Position numbers and translations under genes: made by a program. From the NCBI GenBank assembly GCA_963714905.1, contig CAVQPZ010000001.1, forward strand, positions 30,708 to 94,707: a DNA stretch of 64,000 bases, read 5' to 3'. Origin of the DNA: an uncultured Gammaproteobacteria bacterium. GTDB taxonomy: Bacteria; Pseudomonadota; Gammaproteobacteria; Xanthomonadales; Xanthomonadaceae. Each line of letters opens with the position of its first letter. Position 1 is the first letter of the stretch. The notes beneath the pieces are model-generated. The model had not been told where the DNA came from. It did not search any database and saw nothing but the letters and a program-made list of their open reading frames with translations. Below are positions 49,852 through 59,787 of this stretch, piece after piece.

Positions 49852-49868
49852 GATCCGCTGGATTTTGC

Positions 49869-49944
49869 TGGCGTCCCCAGGGGGATTCGAACCCCCGTGT
49901 CCACCGTGAAAGGGTGGTGTCCTAGGCCTCTAGACGATGGGGAC
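49869..49944 (-). tRNA. tRNA-Glu(TTC)
   Basis: GTCCCCATCGTCTAGAGG...CCACC-CTTTCAC-GGTGG...GTTCGAATC...GGGGACGCCA, 76 nt. Confidence 0.96.
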
Positions 49945-49977
49945 GAGGCGCAAAATCCTTGAAGTTTTCCAGAGACT

Positions 49978-50053
49978 TGGTGGAGCCAGACGGGATCGAA
50001 CCGTCGACCTCCTGCATGCCATGCAGGCGCTCTCCCAGCTGAGCTATGGCCCC
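49978..50053 (-). tRNA. tRNA-Ala(GGC)
   Basis: GGGGCCATAGCTCAGCTGGGAGAGC, CCTGC-ATGGCAT-GCAGG, GTTCGATCC, G3:U70, CCA end. Confidence 0.96.
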
Positions 50054-50060
50054 AAGATCT

Positions 50061-50100
50061 GGAGCCGCGCATGATAACGGGTGCCGTAAATCAGCGTCAA
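50061..50100 (-). promoter_or_regulatory. tRNA operon sigma70 promoter
   Basis: TTGACG-18-TATCAT followed by GC-rich discriminator GCGCGGCTCC. Confidence 0.7.
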
Positions 50101-50238
50101 GCGTTGATTCTATCGAATCGTGGATAAAGGCATGCGACTGGTTGATTGCAGACTTCTCCTACGGTGTGACGCGTCATGAACCGATGGCATGGTCTGCCGG
50201 CCGCTGGAATCCTGCGATGAGTCCATTGCAGGCCAGCC

Positions 50239-50634
50239 ATGATGAAGTTCCCACGACGATTGCTGGTCTTGCTGCTGTTGCTTGCAGGCAATTCCCATGC
50301 GCAAGTCCTCTACAGGTGCGTGTCGGGTAGCGGCGCAGTGTCCTGGCAATCGACGGGTTGTGGGCAGGGCATGCGCATGATGAAACGCATGGAATACACG
50401 CCAGACGCGCCGACAGTAGTCCCTGTGTACGATCACGTGCGAGCGACCGTCACAAAAGGCAGATCGCGCGGGTCAACCAGCTATCGGGTATCCACCCGCA
50501 CAACCCGACCCACGCCCGATGCCTGCGCCCGGGCACGCGAGCGACGCGAAGCCACGCTCGAGCGAGTGGGCCTGAAGCGCAACTTCGACCTGCTCAGCAA
50601 GCTCGATGCCGATGTCCGAAGTGTCTGTCGCTAG
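50239..50634 (+). CDS. Secreted DUF4124-like small protein
   Basis: Signal peptide, QVLYRCVSGSGAVSWQSTGC, second C-terminal Cys pair. Confidence 0.65.
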   Translation: MMKFPRRLLVLLLLLAGNSHAQVLYRCVSGSGAVSWQSTGCGQGMRMMKRMEYTPDAPTVVPVYDHVRATVTKGRSRGSTSYRVSTRTTRPTPDACARARERREATLERVGLKRNFDLLSKLDADVRSVCR

Positions 50635-50877
50635 AAGTGTTCAGGGTGTGGCTTGGGGCCACTGCTGCGGTACCTTGCGCAGGCACCATGGAGCAACCAA
50701 GCGTCTGAAGGTGGTATTGAGCCGGGCAGGCCGAACACGATTGTGACGCCGGCCAGAGTTTTATGATCCCGAACGCAAGCTCAATGTGCTCCTGGAGATG
50801 CTGGCGGTCATCAGGGATGACTCAACAATGCCGATCAGCCACGCAACCAAATGATTCAAAAAGGATCCATCGCACCC

Positions 50878-52282
50878 GTGCCGAACGCCCTTGTCTGGTT
50901 CCGCAATGACCTGAGGCTTGACGACCAGCCAGCCTTGCAGGCGGCGCTGCGTGGCGGCTTCACACCTGATTCCGGTCTATATACATGCGCCCGAAGAGGA
51001 GGGTGCATGGCAACCCGGTGCAGCGTCGAACGCATGGCGCCATCGGTCGTTGCTGGCACTTGATGCAGATCTTCGCGGACGTGGATCGCGCCTGAGCGTA
51101 TTGCGAGGCTCGAGTCTGGAGGCGCTGCAACGCGCGGCCGCCGAGTGCGGTGCCGAAGCGGTGTTCTGGACCCGGCGCTATGAGCCGGCCATCGAGATGC
51201 GCGATGCCGACATCAAGCGTGTCTTGCGTGGTGCTGGCCTTCGCGCCGAGAGCTTCAACGGCAGCCTGATGGTCGAGCCGTGGCAGGTCGAGAGCAAGCA
51301 GGGTGATCCGTATCGTGTCTTCACGCCGTTCTGGCGCACCGCATCCGCGCAGCTGCGGATGCCCGCTGCAATGCCCGCACCAGAGCGTTTCCCTGAGACA
51401 GCACCGCTTGCGGGCGTCATCGATCTCGACGACATGCGTCTGGCACCGGCGATCCATTGGGATCAAGGCTTCTGGCGTCATTGGACACCGGGCGAGGCGG
51501 GTGCCCAGGTCGCGCTGGAGACATTCATCGATCAAGGACTGGCTGATTACACGCAGGCACGTGATTTCCCGGCGGACATCGGTACCTCACGTCTGTCGCC
51601 GCATCTGCATTTCGGCGAGATCTCACCCTGGCAGATTGCTCGCAGCATTCAGCAACTACCGGAAGCAGGAGGTGTCTATCTGCGCCAGCTGGGTTGGCGC
51701 GAATTTTCGAATCATGTGCTGCATCACTTCCCGGGAACACCCGAAAGCAATTTCAGTCATCGTTTCGATGATTTTCCCTGGGCTGACGTGCCAGAAAGGA
51801 CACTGGATGCCTGGCGACATGGGCGCACGGGTGTTCCCATCGTGGATGCCGGCATGCGCGAACTTTGGGCCACTGGATGGATGCACAACCGGGTGCGGAT
51901 GATCGTGGCCAGTTTCCTGACCAAGAATCTGCGTGCCCATTGGCAAAACGGCGCAGCGTGGTTCTGGGACACGTTGGTTGATGCCAACCTGGCCAACAAC
52001 ACGCTTGGCTGGCAATGGGTGGCGGGTACTGGCGTCGATGCGGCCCCATATTTCCGTGTGTTCAATCCGGTCCTGCAATCCCAGCGTTTTGATCCGGCCG
52101 GCGAATACATTGCGCGCTGGGTTCCCGAACTTGCCGGGCTGGCTGGCAAAGAACGCCACGCGCCATGGATTTCAGATAGCAGCGTCAGGGGCTATCCGCG
52201 TGCACCGATTGTTGATCTGGCCGCAAGCAGACTGGATGCGCTCAAGGCGTTTGAGCAGGTCAGGGCAGCAAGGTCGGGCTAG
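50878..52282 (+). CDS. phrB: Deoxyribodipyrimidine photolyase (frameshift near 50965)
   Basis: LVWFRNDLRL, TSRLSPHLHFGEISP, WREF, GWMHNRVRMIVASFL, YFRVFNP. Confidence 0.94.
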
Positions 52283-52306
52283 CTAGCTCAGTCACTGATA
52301 TCTAGA

Positions 52307-52334
52307 TGCGGACATAATAGACATTATGCGAAGT
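52307..52334 (-). other. dif-like XerC/XerD recombination site
   Basis: Minus strand ACTTCGCATAA-TGTCTA-TTATGTCCGCA versus E. coli dif GGTGCGCATAA-TGTATA-TTATGTTAAAT; AT-rich gap between convergent genes. Confidence 0.82.
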
Positions 52335-52364
52335 ACAAGGCAGTCTTAATCAATACTGAATTGG

Positions 52365-53546
52365 TCAGGCTACGTCGATGATCCGTCGCGTGTGCTCGGC
52401 GATCACGGACTCCTCGTCTGTAGGAATGATCCAGGCTGAAACAGCACAGGCCGAGGTCGAAATCCGGCCTGAACCAGTGCGGTTGGCAGCATCGTCCAGC
52501 TCCACGCCGAGCCAGGCTGCGGCGTGGCAGGCGCGTTCACGCACCAGTGCGCTGTTCTCGCCGATGCCGGCAGTGAACACGATGCCATCGAGTCCGCCTA
52601 GGGTCGCGGCAAGCGCACCAAGCTGGCGCTTGATGGAATGCACGAACAGGTTGATCGCATCCTTCGCGGCCTGCGAATCGCTGGCCTCGAGTGTGCGCAT
52701 GTCGCTTGAAATACCGGACACGCCCAGTAGGCCTGACTGGTGGTAAAGCAAGGTCGTCACCTGCTCCTGGTCCATTCCCAGCTCCGCCATCAGGTACAGC
52801 ACTACGCCCGGATCGAGCGAGCCGCAGCGCGTACCCATCGGCAGCCCGTCCAATGCGGTGAAACCCATCGTGGTCGCAACGCTGCTACCGCCCTGCATCG
52901 CGCACATGCTGGCGCCATTGCCCAGATGCAGGACCACCACGCGGCCGGACAATACCGGATCGTGTTGCACCATGACCGAGGCGATGTATTCGTACGACAA
53001 GCCGTGGAAGCCGTAGCGGCGCACGCCGTGCTCGGTGATGTCCCGGGGCAGCGCGAATGCACGTTCAACTGGCGACATCGTGTGGTGGAAGGCAGTGTCA
53101 AAGCAGGCGATCTGCGGCAAGCCTGGCTCAGTCGCCAGCAGCGTCCGGATCAGCGCGAGGTTATGCGGCTGGTGCAGCGGCGCGAGCGGTATCAGCGCCT
53201 CGAGTGAGTGCAGGATGGCTGCATCGACACGCACCGGTGCGGTGAAGTGCTCACCACCATGCACCACCCGATGCCCGACCGCGCGCACGCGGTAGCCCTG
53301 CGTCAGCGCCGGCAACGTCTCCAACAGAAAGGCCATTGCGTCTTCGTGGTTGAGTGATGCGCCCTCCTCCCATGCTTTCGTCTCCAGCACGTCGCCGGCA
53401 CCATTCTTGGCGATAAAGCGCGGCGACGCGCCAAGGTCCCTGATGCTGCCGGCAAGCACGCACCGCAACAGCTTGCCGCGTTCTTCGAACACCGCGAACT
53501 TGATGCTCGACGAGCCCGCATTGATGATGGCGATGGCGTCCTGCAT
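52365..53546 (-). CDS. ackA: Acetate/propionate kinase
   Basis: INAGSSSIKF, GHRVVHGG, FDTAFH, RRYGFHGLSY, HLGNGAS, FTAGIGEN, IPTDEE. Confidence 0.95.
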   Translation of the reverse strand: MQDAIAIINAGSSSIKFAVFEERGKLLRCVLAGSIRDLGASPRFIAKNGAGDVLETKAWEEGASLNHEDAMAFLLETLPALTQGYRVRAVGHRVVHGGEHFTAPVRVDAAILHSLEALIPLAPLHQPHNLALIRTLLATEPGLPQIACFDTAFHHTMSPVERAFALPRDITEHGVRRYGFHGLSYEYIASVMVQHDPVLSGRVVVLHLGNGASMCAMQGGSSVATTMGFTALDGLPMGTRCGSLDPGVVLYLMAELGMDQEQVTTLLYHQSGLLGVSGISSDMRTLEASDSQAAKDAINLFVHSIKRQLGALAATLGGLDGIVFTAGIGENSALVRERACHAAAWLGVELDDAANRTGSGRISTSACAVSAWIIPTDEESVIAEHTRRIIDVA

Positions 53547-53854
53547 GTCGTGCTTCCACCCTTCGTGCAATTTGACGATCTTACGTTGACTTCGCACACC
53601 ATCGACCTGCACTAGTTCTTGATAAGGGCAGAAGCGCGCAGGTGATCTACGGACAGTGGTCTCCTGCCCTGCTCAGTGACCAGCAAGTTGATCGCCAAAT
53701 CCAGCAAACGGTTGCTGTGCTTCATCGTTTGCGGAAGCGGCAAGAGAGAGAGGATAGTGGCCGAAAAGTGCCGCGTGGCAACGCCAATTGCGGTAGTCGG
53801 ATCGCATGCAGGGTGTGGCATGCTTCTGAGGCAAGAAATCGGGGGGCAGTCCGC

Positions 53855-56273
53855 ATGCACGCACCACCAGCGCCAGACAATGAACTCGACCGGATCGAAG
53901 CGCTGCGTGCGCTGCGTGTTCTGGACACGCCGTCTGAGGAACGCTTCGACCGGATCACGCGGGTGGTCAGCCGGGTGCTGGAGGTGCCGATCGCGCTGGT
54001 GAGCCTGGTGGATTCGAATCGTCAATGGTTCAAGTCGCGACAGGGTCTGGAAGCCTGCGAGACCGGTCGCGATATTTCGTTTTGCGGCCACGCCATCCTC
54101 GATTCCGAGGTGTTTTGCGTTCCCGACGCCACGCTCGACCCACGCTTCGCCGACAACCCGCTGGTGACCGGTCCGCCGGAGATCCGCTTCTACGCCGGTG
54201 CGCCGCTGACCCTGCCCGATGGCCTGCGCGTGGGCACCCTGTGCGCCATCGACACTCGACCGCGCCAGCTCAGTGACGAGCAGTTGCAAACACTCAGCGA
54301 CCTGGCGGGGGTCGTGGCGGATCTGCTCGGCATCCAACCATTGGTCGACGCCTCCCGCAAACTGTGTGATCGCGAAGCGGAGTTGAGCAAGCTGCTCGAG
54401 ACCGTAGTCGACGGCATCATCACCATCGATGAGCGCGGCCTCATCCGCAGCGCCAACCCTGCGGTGCAGACGATGTTCGGTTACCCGCTCGCGGATCTCA
54501 TCGGCCGCAACGTGAACATGCTGATGCCCGAGCCTTATCACGCCGAACACGATGGCTATCTGGAGAATTACCGCACCACTGGCGAGGCCAGAATCATCGG
54601 CAAGGGCCGCGAGGTCGAGGGTTTGCGCGCCGATGGCACGAGCTTTCCGATGCATTTATCAGTCGGCGAGATGCGGCTGACGGACCGTACCCTGTTTGTG
54701 GGGGTGGTCCACAACCTGACCGAAACCGAGCGGGTGAAACGCCGTCTTCGCCGCCTGGCGGCCATCGTTGAATCGTCCGACGACGCAATTTTCACCAGAT
54801 CGCTCGATGGGCTCATCACCATTTGGAACGCCGGTGCCGAACGGATGTTCGGCTACACGGCGACAGAAGCAATCGGCATGCCCATGGCCCGTCTGATTCC
54901 CGAGGACAAACAGGGAGAGGAAGCGCAGATCATGCAGTGCACCTTGCGCGGCGAACGCATGGATCAATACGAGACCGTGCGCGTCACACGCGATGGGTGC
55001 CGCATCGACGTGTCGGCGAACATATCGCCGATCCGCAACGGCGGCGGTCGCATCGTGGGTGCTTCCAAAATCCTGCACGACATCAGTGCAACCAAGCGCG
55101 CAGAGGCGCAGATGCGCCTGCAGAGCAAACGCCTTGCCCTGGCCGCCGACGCCGGGCAGATCGGCGTCTGGGAGTGGGATCTGCTGACCAACACAGTGCA
55201 CTGGGATGACTGGATGTTTCGCATCTATGGCCTGACGCCGACCCCCGATAGCATGCTGACCTACCAGGATTGGATCGACCGGATGCTACCCGACGACCGG
55301 TCCGAGCAGCAGCAAGCCTTGCAGAAAACCCTGCTGCTCGACACCCAGGATCGCAGCGAGCGAGCCTTCCGCATACGTACTGGGCAAGGCGGCGAACTGC
55401 GGCATATCCGCTCGGCCGAAAGTGTGCTTCGCGACAGCCATGGCGAACCCTGCATGATGATCGGTGTGAACTGGGACGTCACCGAGCAACAAACGATGGC
55501 GGAGGACCTGCGCGCTCGAAACGCGGAATTGGCCGAGGCCACGGATCGCGCCGAAGCCGCCGACCGCATCAAGTCCGCCTTCCTGGCCGCGATGTCGCAC
55601 GAGCTGCGCACGCCGCTCAATTCCATCATCGGTTTCACCGGCATCCTGATCCAGAAACTGGCCGGGCCGCTCAATGCCGAGCAGGAAAAACAACTCGGCA
55701 TGGTGCCGCAACAGCGCCCGCCACCTGTTGTCGCTGATCAATGATGTGCTGGATATTTCCAAGATCGAGGCTGGACAGCTCGACGTGCTCCGGCAGCCGT
55801 TCGATCTGCACGCCTCGATCCAGAAGGTACGTGGCATCGTGACGCCCCTGGCGGAGGCCAAGGGGCTGCAACTGCGTTGCGAGGTGGCAGCGGAGTTGCC
55901 GGCCATGGTTGGTGATGCGCGGCGGGTGGAACAGGTCCTGCTGAACCTGCTGAGCAATGCCATCAAATTCACCTTGACGGGCGACGTGGCGCTGCAGGTC
56001 CGGCTGCAATCCGCGCCGCGGCCGATGGTCAGCATGCGGGTGAGCGATAGCGGCATCGGCATCAGCCCGGAAGACCTGGCCACGCTGTTTCAGCCGTTCC
56101 GGCAGCTCGACAGCGGACTGGCGCGCAACCACGAAGGTACCGGCCTGGGGCTGGCCATCTGCCGACGGCTTGCGGGCTTGATGGGCGGGGACATCGACGC
56201 CGAAAGCGTGAAGGGAAAAGGGAGCATATTCACGCTGACACTTCCGCTCGCGGCCAAGGGAGAGCCAACATGA
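53855..56273 (+). CDS. GAF-PAS(heme, FixL-like)-PAS-PAS histidine kinase, frameshift near 55700
   Basis: GAF (SFCGHAI), [14 protein letters not shown]...IIGKGR, H-box [32 protein letters not shown]. Confidence 0.9.
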
Positions 56274-56650
56274 CCACACGCGTACTGCTGATCGAGGACA
56301 ACGCGCAGAACCGCTACCTGGCCACGTTCCTGCTGGAGCGCAATGGCTGCGTTTTGACCCACGCGGAGGATGGCCCGATTGGCATCGACCTGGCGAATCG
56401 GCAGCCTTTCGACCTGATCCTGCTGGATATCCAGTTGCCGGGCATGGACGGTTACGCAGTGGCCCAGGCCCTGCGTGCCAACCCCGCGCTGGCCGCTGTG
56501 CCGATTGTCGCCGTCACTTCGTATGCCATGGTGGGTGACCGCGAGAAGGCCCTCGCGCAAGGTTGCAATGGTTACATCGAAAAACCGATCAACCCCGATA
56601 CCTTCGTGGCCCAGGTCAGAGAACACCTGCCAGTCACTGCAATGGAGTAG
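56270..56650 (+). CDS. Single-domain response regulator
   Basis: LLIEDN, LLDIQLPGMDG, AVTS, KPI. Confidence 0.93.
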   Translation: MTTRVLLIEDNAQNRYLATFLLERNGCVLTHAEDGPIGIDLANRQPFDLILLDIQLPGMDGYAVAQALRANPALAAVPIVAVTSYAMVGDREKALAQGCNGYIEKPINPDTFVAQVREHLPVTAME

Positions 56651-56657
56651 CGATAGC

Positions 56658-59276
56658 GTGCACGTGCTGATCGTCGATGACCGCGAAGAAAACCTCTACC
56701 TGTTGCAGGCCCTGATGCAGGGCAACGGCTGGCAGGTGGACCAGGCCCACCACGGTGCCGAGGCGTTGGCAATGGCGCGGCAGGCGCCGCCAGACATCGT
56801 CGTGTCCGATTTGCTGATGCCGGTGATGGACGGCTACACCCTGTTGCGTCACTGGAAAAGCGACGCGCACCTGCGGGATATACCGTTCGTGGTGTACACC
56901 GCCACCTACACCGAGTCGGCCGACGAAAAACTAGCGCTAGACCTGGGTGCGGATGCGTTCATCGTCAAACCGGCCGAACCCGACGCATTCATGGCAGGCA
57001 TCGGCGAAGTGCTGGTGATGGCACGGCGGGGAAAACTCGAACCACCGCAGCAGCCGATTGACGACGATGAATCCTTGATGGGCCAGTACAGCAAGGTGCT
57101 GGTGCACAAGCTGGAAGCGAAAACCGAGGAACTGGAAAACACCAACCGGCAGTTGCAGGCCGAACTGGCCGGGCGTTGCCAGGCCGAGGAAAGCCTGCGG
57201 GCCAGTGAGGCAAACCTGGCGGCCGCACAGGCGCTGGCGCGAATCGGCAGCTGGGAGTGCGATCTGGCATCCAGGGTTGGCGCGTGGTCGGAGGAAATGT
57301 ACATGCTGTTTGGCCGCGACCCCGCGCTCGGGCCGCCACCTTGCGCTGACTTCCGGGATTGGATTCATCCACTCGACCGTGGCCAGTTCGAACTTCTGCA
57401 TGCGCAGGCGCTGGCGCAGGAAAAAAAATGCCAGCAGGAGTTTCGCATCGTCCTGGCCGAGGCGGACAGCCGCTGGGTCGATTGCCGTTGTGCGGTGGAG
57501 AGCGATGCGGACGGTCATCCGCTTCGCCTGACCGGTACCGTGCAGGACATCACCGAGCGCAAGCGAACCGAGAACAAGCTCAAGCTCGCGGCCAAAGTGT
57601 TCGAACATGCCGGCGAAGGCATTCTGATCGCCGATGCCGCCGGCATCATCGTCGAAGTCAACGACACCTTCACCGCCATCACCGGTTACAACCGCGAGGA
57701 GGCGATAGGCCAGAGCGTGACAATGCTCCATTCCAGCGCGGAGGATGCGGACTTCCACGCGATGCGCTGGCTCGAATTGAACAAGCAGAATATCTGGCAT
57801 GGCGAGATCTCGAGCCAACGCAAGAGCGGCGAGACTTACGCCGAACTCAACACCATCACCGCAGTGCGCGACAGCAACGGCAATGTCGAGCACTACGTGA
57901 GCCTGTTCACCGACATCACCCCGATGAAGGAATACAAGCAGCAGCTCGAACACATGGTCCACTTCGACCATCTGACCAGCCTTCCCAATCGCGTGCTGCT
58001 GGCCGATCGTTTGCTACAGGGCATGCTGCAGAGCCAGCGGCGCAGCCTGTCGCTCGCGGTGATCTATCTCGACCTGGATGGCTTCAAGGCGGTCAACGAC
58101 CACCACGGCCACAACATCGGCGACGCGTTGCTGTGCGAAATCGCGCAACGCATGAAATCGATCCTGCGCGAGGGTGACACCCTGGCGCGCATCGGCGGCG
58201 ACGAGTTCGTGATCGTGCTTGTCGATCTTGTGCAACCGTCCGATTGCGAATTGGTGCTGAAGCGTCTGCTGCGAGCCATCGATGAGCCGGTGGCGGTGGG
58301 CGACGTGTTGCTGCATGTCTCGGCCAGCATGGGGGTGACGCTCCATCCGCAGGACGGATCCGATCCCGACCTGTTGCTACGGCATGCCGACCAGGCGATG
58401 TATCTGGCCAAGCAGGCGGGCAAGAATTGCTACCACTATTTCGACGTCGCTCAGGACGCGGCAGAGAAGAACCTGCGCGAGAACCGCGACCATATCCGCC
58501 ACGCGCTCGTACGCCGCGAGTTTGTCCTGTTCTATCAGCCCAAGGTCAACATGCGGACCGGCGAGATGATCGGCGCCGAAGCACTGATCCGATGGCAACA
58601 CCCTGATCGCGGCCTGCTGCCGCCAATTGCCTTCCTGCCCATGATCGAGAACCATCCGATCAGCGTGGATATCGGCGAATGGGTGATCGACGAGGCTTTG
58701 ACCCAGATGGCCGCATGGCGCACCAAGGGTCTGGACATTGCGGTGAGCGTCAACGTTGGTGCACTGCAACTGCAACGCAGCGACTTCATGGATACGCTCA
58801 CCCGCCTGCTCGCCGCGCATCCAGACGTGCCACCCGAACGGCTGGAGCTGGAAATACTGGAGACCAACGCGCTGGAGGATGTCGTGCAGGTTTCCGCGAT
58901 CATGCTCGCCTGCCAGGCCATCAACATACGCTTCGCCCTGGACGATTTCGGAACCGGTTATTCCTCACTCACCTACCTCAGGCGCCTTCCGGCCGAACTG
59001 CTCAAGATCGATCTCAGCTTCGTGCGCAACATGCTCAAGGACAGCGAAGACCGGTCCATCGTCGAGGCCGTCATCGGGTTGGCGATGGCCTTCAACCGCG
59101 GGGTGATCGCCGAGGGTGTGGAAACGGAGGATCACGGCAACTGCCTGCTCGGGCTTGGTTGCGAGCTGGGTCAGGGCTATGGCATTGCCCGACCGATGCC
59201 TGCTGCCGAGTTGCCGGCATGGGTCGCGACCTGGAGGCCCCATTCCAGTTGGACGAACGGCGCCATTCTTGATTGA
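56658..59276 (+). CDS. REC-PAS-PAS-GGDEF-EAL diguanylate cyclase/phosphodiesterase
   Basis: VDD/SDLLMPVMDG receiver, two PAS, REGD-TLARI-GGDEF, EAL, DDFGTGYSS, EGVE, QGY. Confidence 0.94.
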   Translation: MHVLIVDDREENLYLLQALMQGNGWQVDQAHHGAEALAMARQAPPDIVVSDLLMPVMDGYTLLRHWKSDAHLRDIPFVVYTATYTESADEKLALDLGADAFIVKPAEPDAFMAGIGEVLVMARRGKLEPPQQPIDDDESLMGQYSKVLVHKLEAKTEELENTNRQLQAELAGRCQAEESLRASEANLAAAQALARIGSWECDLASRVGAWSEEMYMLFGRDPALGPPPCADFRDWIHPLDRGQFELLHAQALAQEKKCQQEFRIVLAEADSRWVDCRCAVESDADGHPLRLTGTVQDITERKRTENKLKLAAKVFEHAGEGILIADAAGIIVEVNDTFTAITGYNREEAIGQSVTMLHSSAEDADFHAMRWLELNKQNIWHGEISSQRKSGETYAELNTITAVRDSNGNVEHYVSLFTDITPMKEYKQQLEHMVHFDHLTSLPNRVLLADRLLQGMLQSQRRSLSLAVIYLDLDGFKAVNDHHGHNIGDALLCEIAQRMKSILREGDTLARIGGDEFVIVLVDLVQPSDCELVLKRLLRAIDEPVAVGDVLLHVSASMGVTLHPQDGSDPDLLLRHADQAMYLAKQAGKNCYHYFDVAQDAAEKNLRENRDHIRHALVRREFVLFYQPKVNMRTGEMIGAEALIRWQHPDRGLLPPIAFLPMIENHPISVDIGEWVIDEALTQMAAWRTKGLDIAVSVNVGALQLQRSDFMDTLTRLLAAHPDVPPERLELEILETNALEDVVQVSAIMLACQAINIRFALDDFGTGYSSLTYLRRLPAELLKIDLSFVRNMLKDSEDRSIVEAVIGLAMAFNRGVIAEGVETEDHGNCLLGLGCELGQGYGIARPMPAAELPAWVATWRPHSSWTNGAILD

Positions 59277-59359
59277 TCAAGTGTGGCGGTTGCAAGTGAT
59301 CTAAAGTACCAAGTGACAGACAGGCGTTTTGATCCGGACATCAAGGAGAAACGTAAGCC

Positions 59360-59782
59360 ATGAAGATCCTCATTGCAGTCGATGGCAGCCCGATCAGCAC
59401 CAAGGCAGTCAGGTTTGCGATCAGCCTGACACGCCAGCTTGCCGAAACGCCGAAGCTGACGCTGTTCTATGCAGATCCTCCGCTACTGAACGCCGCTGCG
59501 ATCAAGCTCGGTCCCACAGCGCTGAAGGAGTATCACGATGGCAACGTCCAGTACGCCACCAAGACTGCGCGCGCTGCGTTCAATCGAGCGCATGTGGGCT
59601 TCGACGAAGAAACGGTCGTCGCCCAGCCGGCCGAAGCGATCGTGCGATTCGCGCAGAAGGGTAAATACGACATGATCATCATGGGTTCGCGGGGGCGCAG
59701 CGGGCTGAAGGGCTTGCTGCTCGGCTCCGTCACCAGCAAAGTGATCGCGAACTGTGAAATCCCGGTCACGATTGCACGCTGA
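59360..59782 (+). CDS. Universal stress protein (single domain)
   Basis: KILIAVDGS, MGSRGRSGLKGLLLGSVTSKV; AAGGAG RBS. Confidence 0.93.
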   Translation: MKILIAVDGSPISTKAVRFAISLTRQLAETPKLTLFYADPPLLNAAAIKLGPTALKEYHDGNVQYATKTARAAFNRAHVGFDEETVVAQPAEAIVRFAQKGKYDMIIMGSRGRSGLKGLLLGSVTSKVIANCEIPVTIAR

Positions 59783-59787
59783 CGCCC

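Noticed and set aside
49869-50053. tRNAs as island attachment sites
   Set aside because: No integrase or duplicated 3' end seen; a terminator and DUF1249 follow directly.
50635-50877. Possible ncRNA upstream of phrB
   Set aside because: Only one short hairpin (GTCATC-AGG-GATGAC); no promoter-terminator pair supportable by eye.
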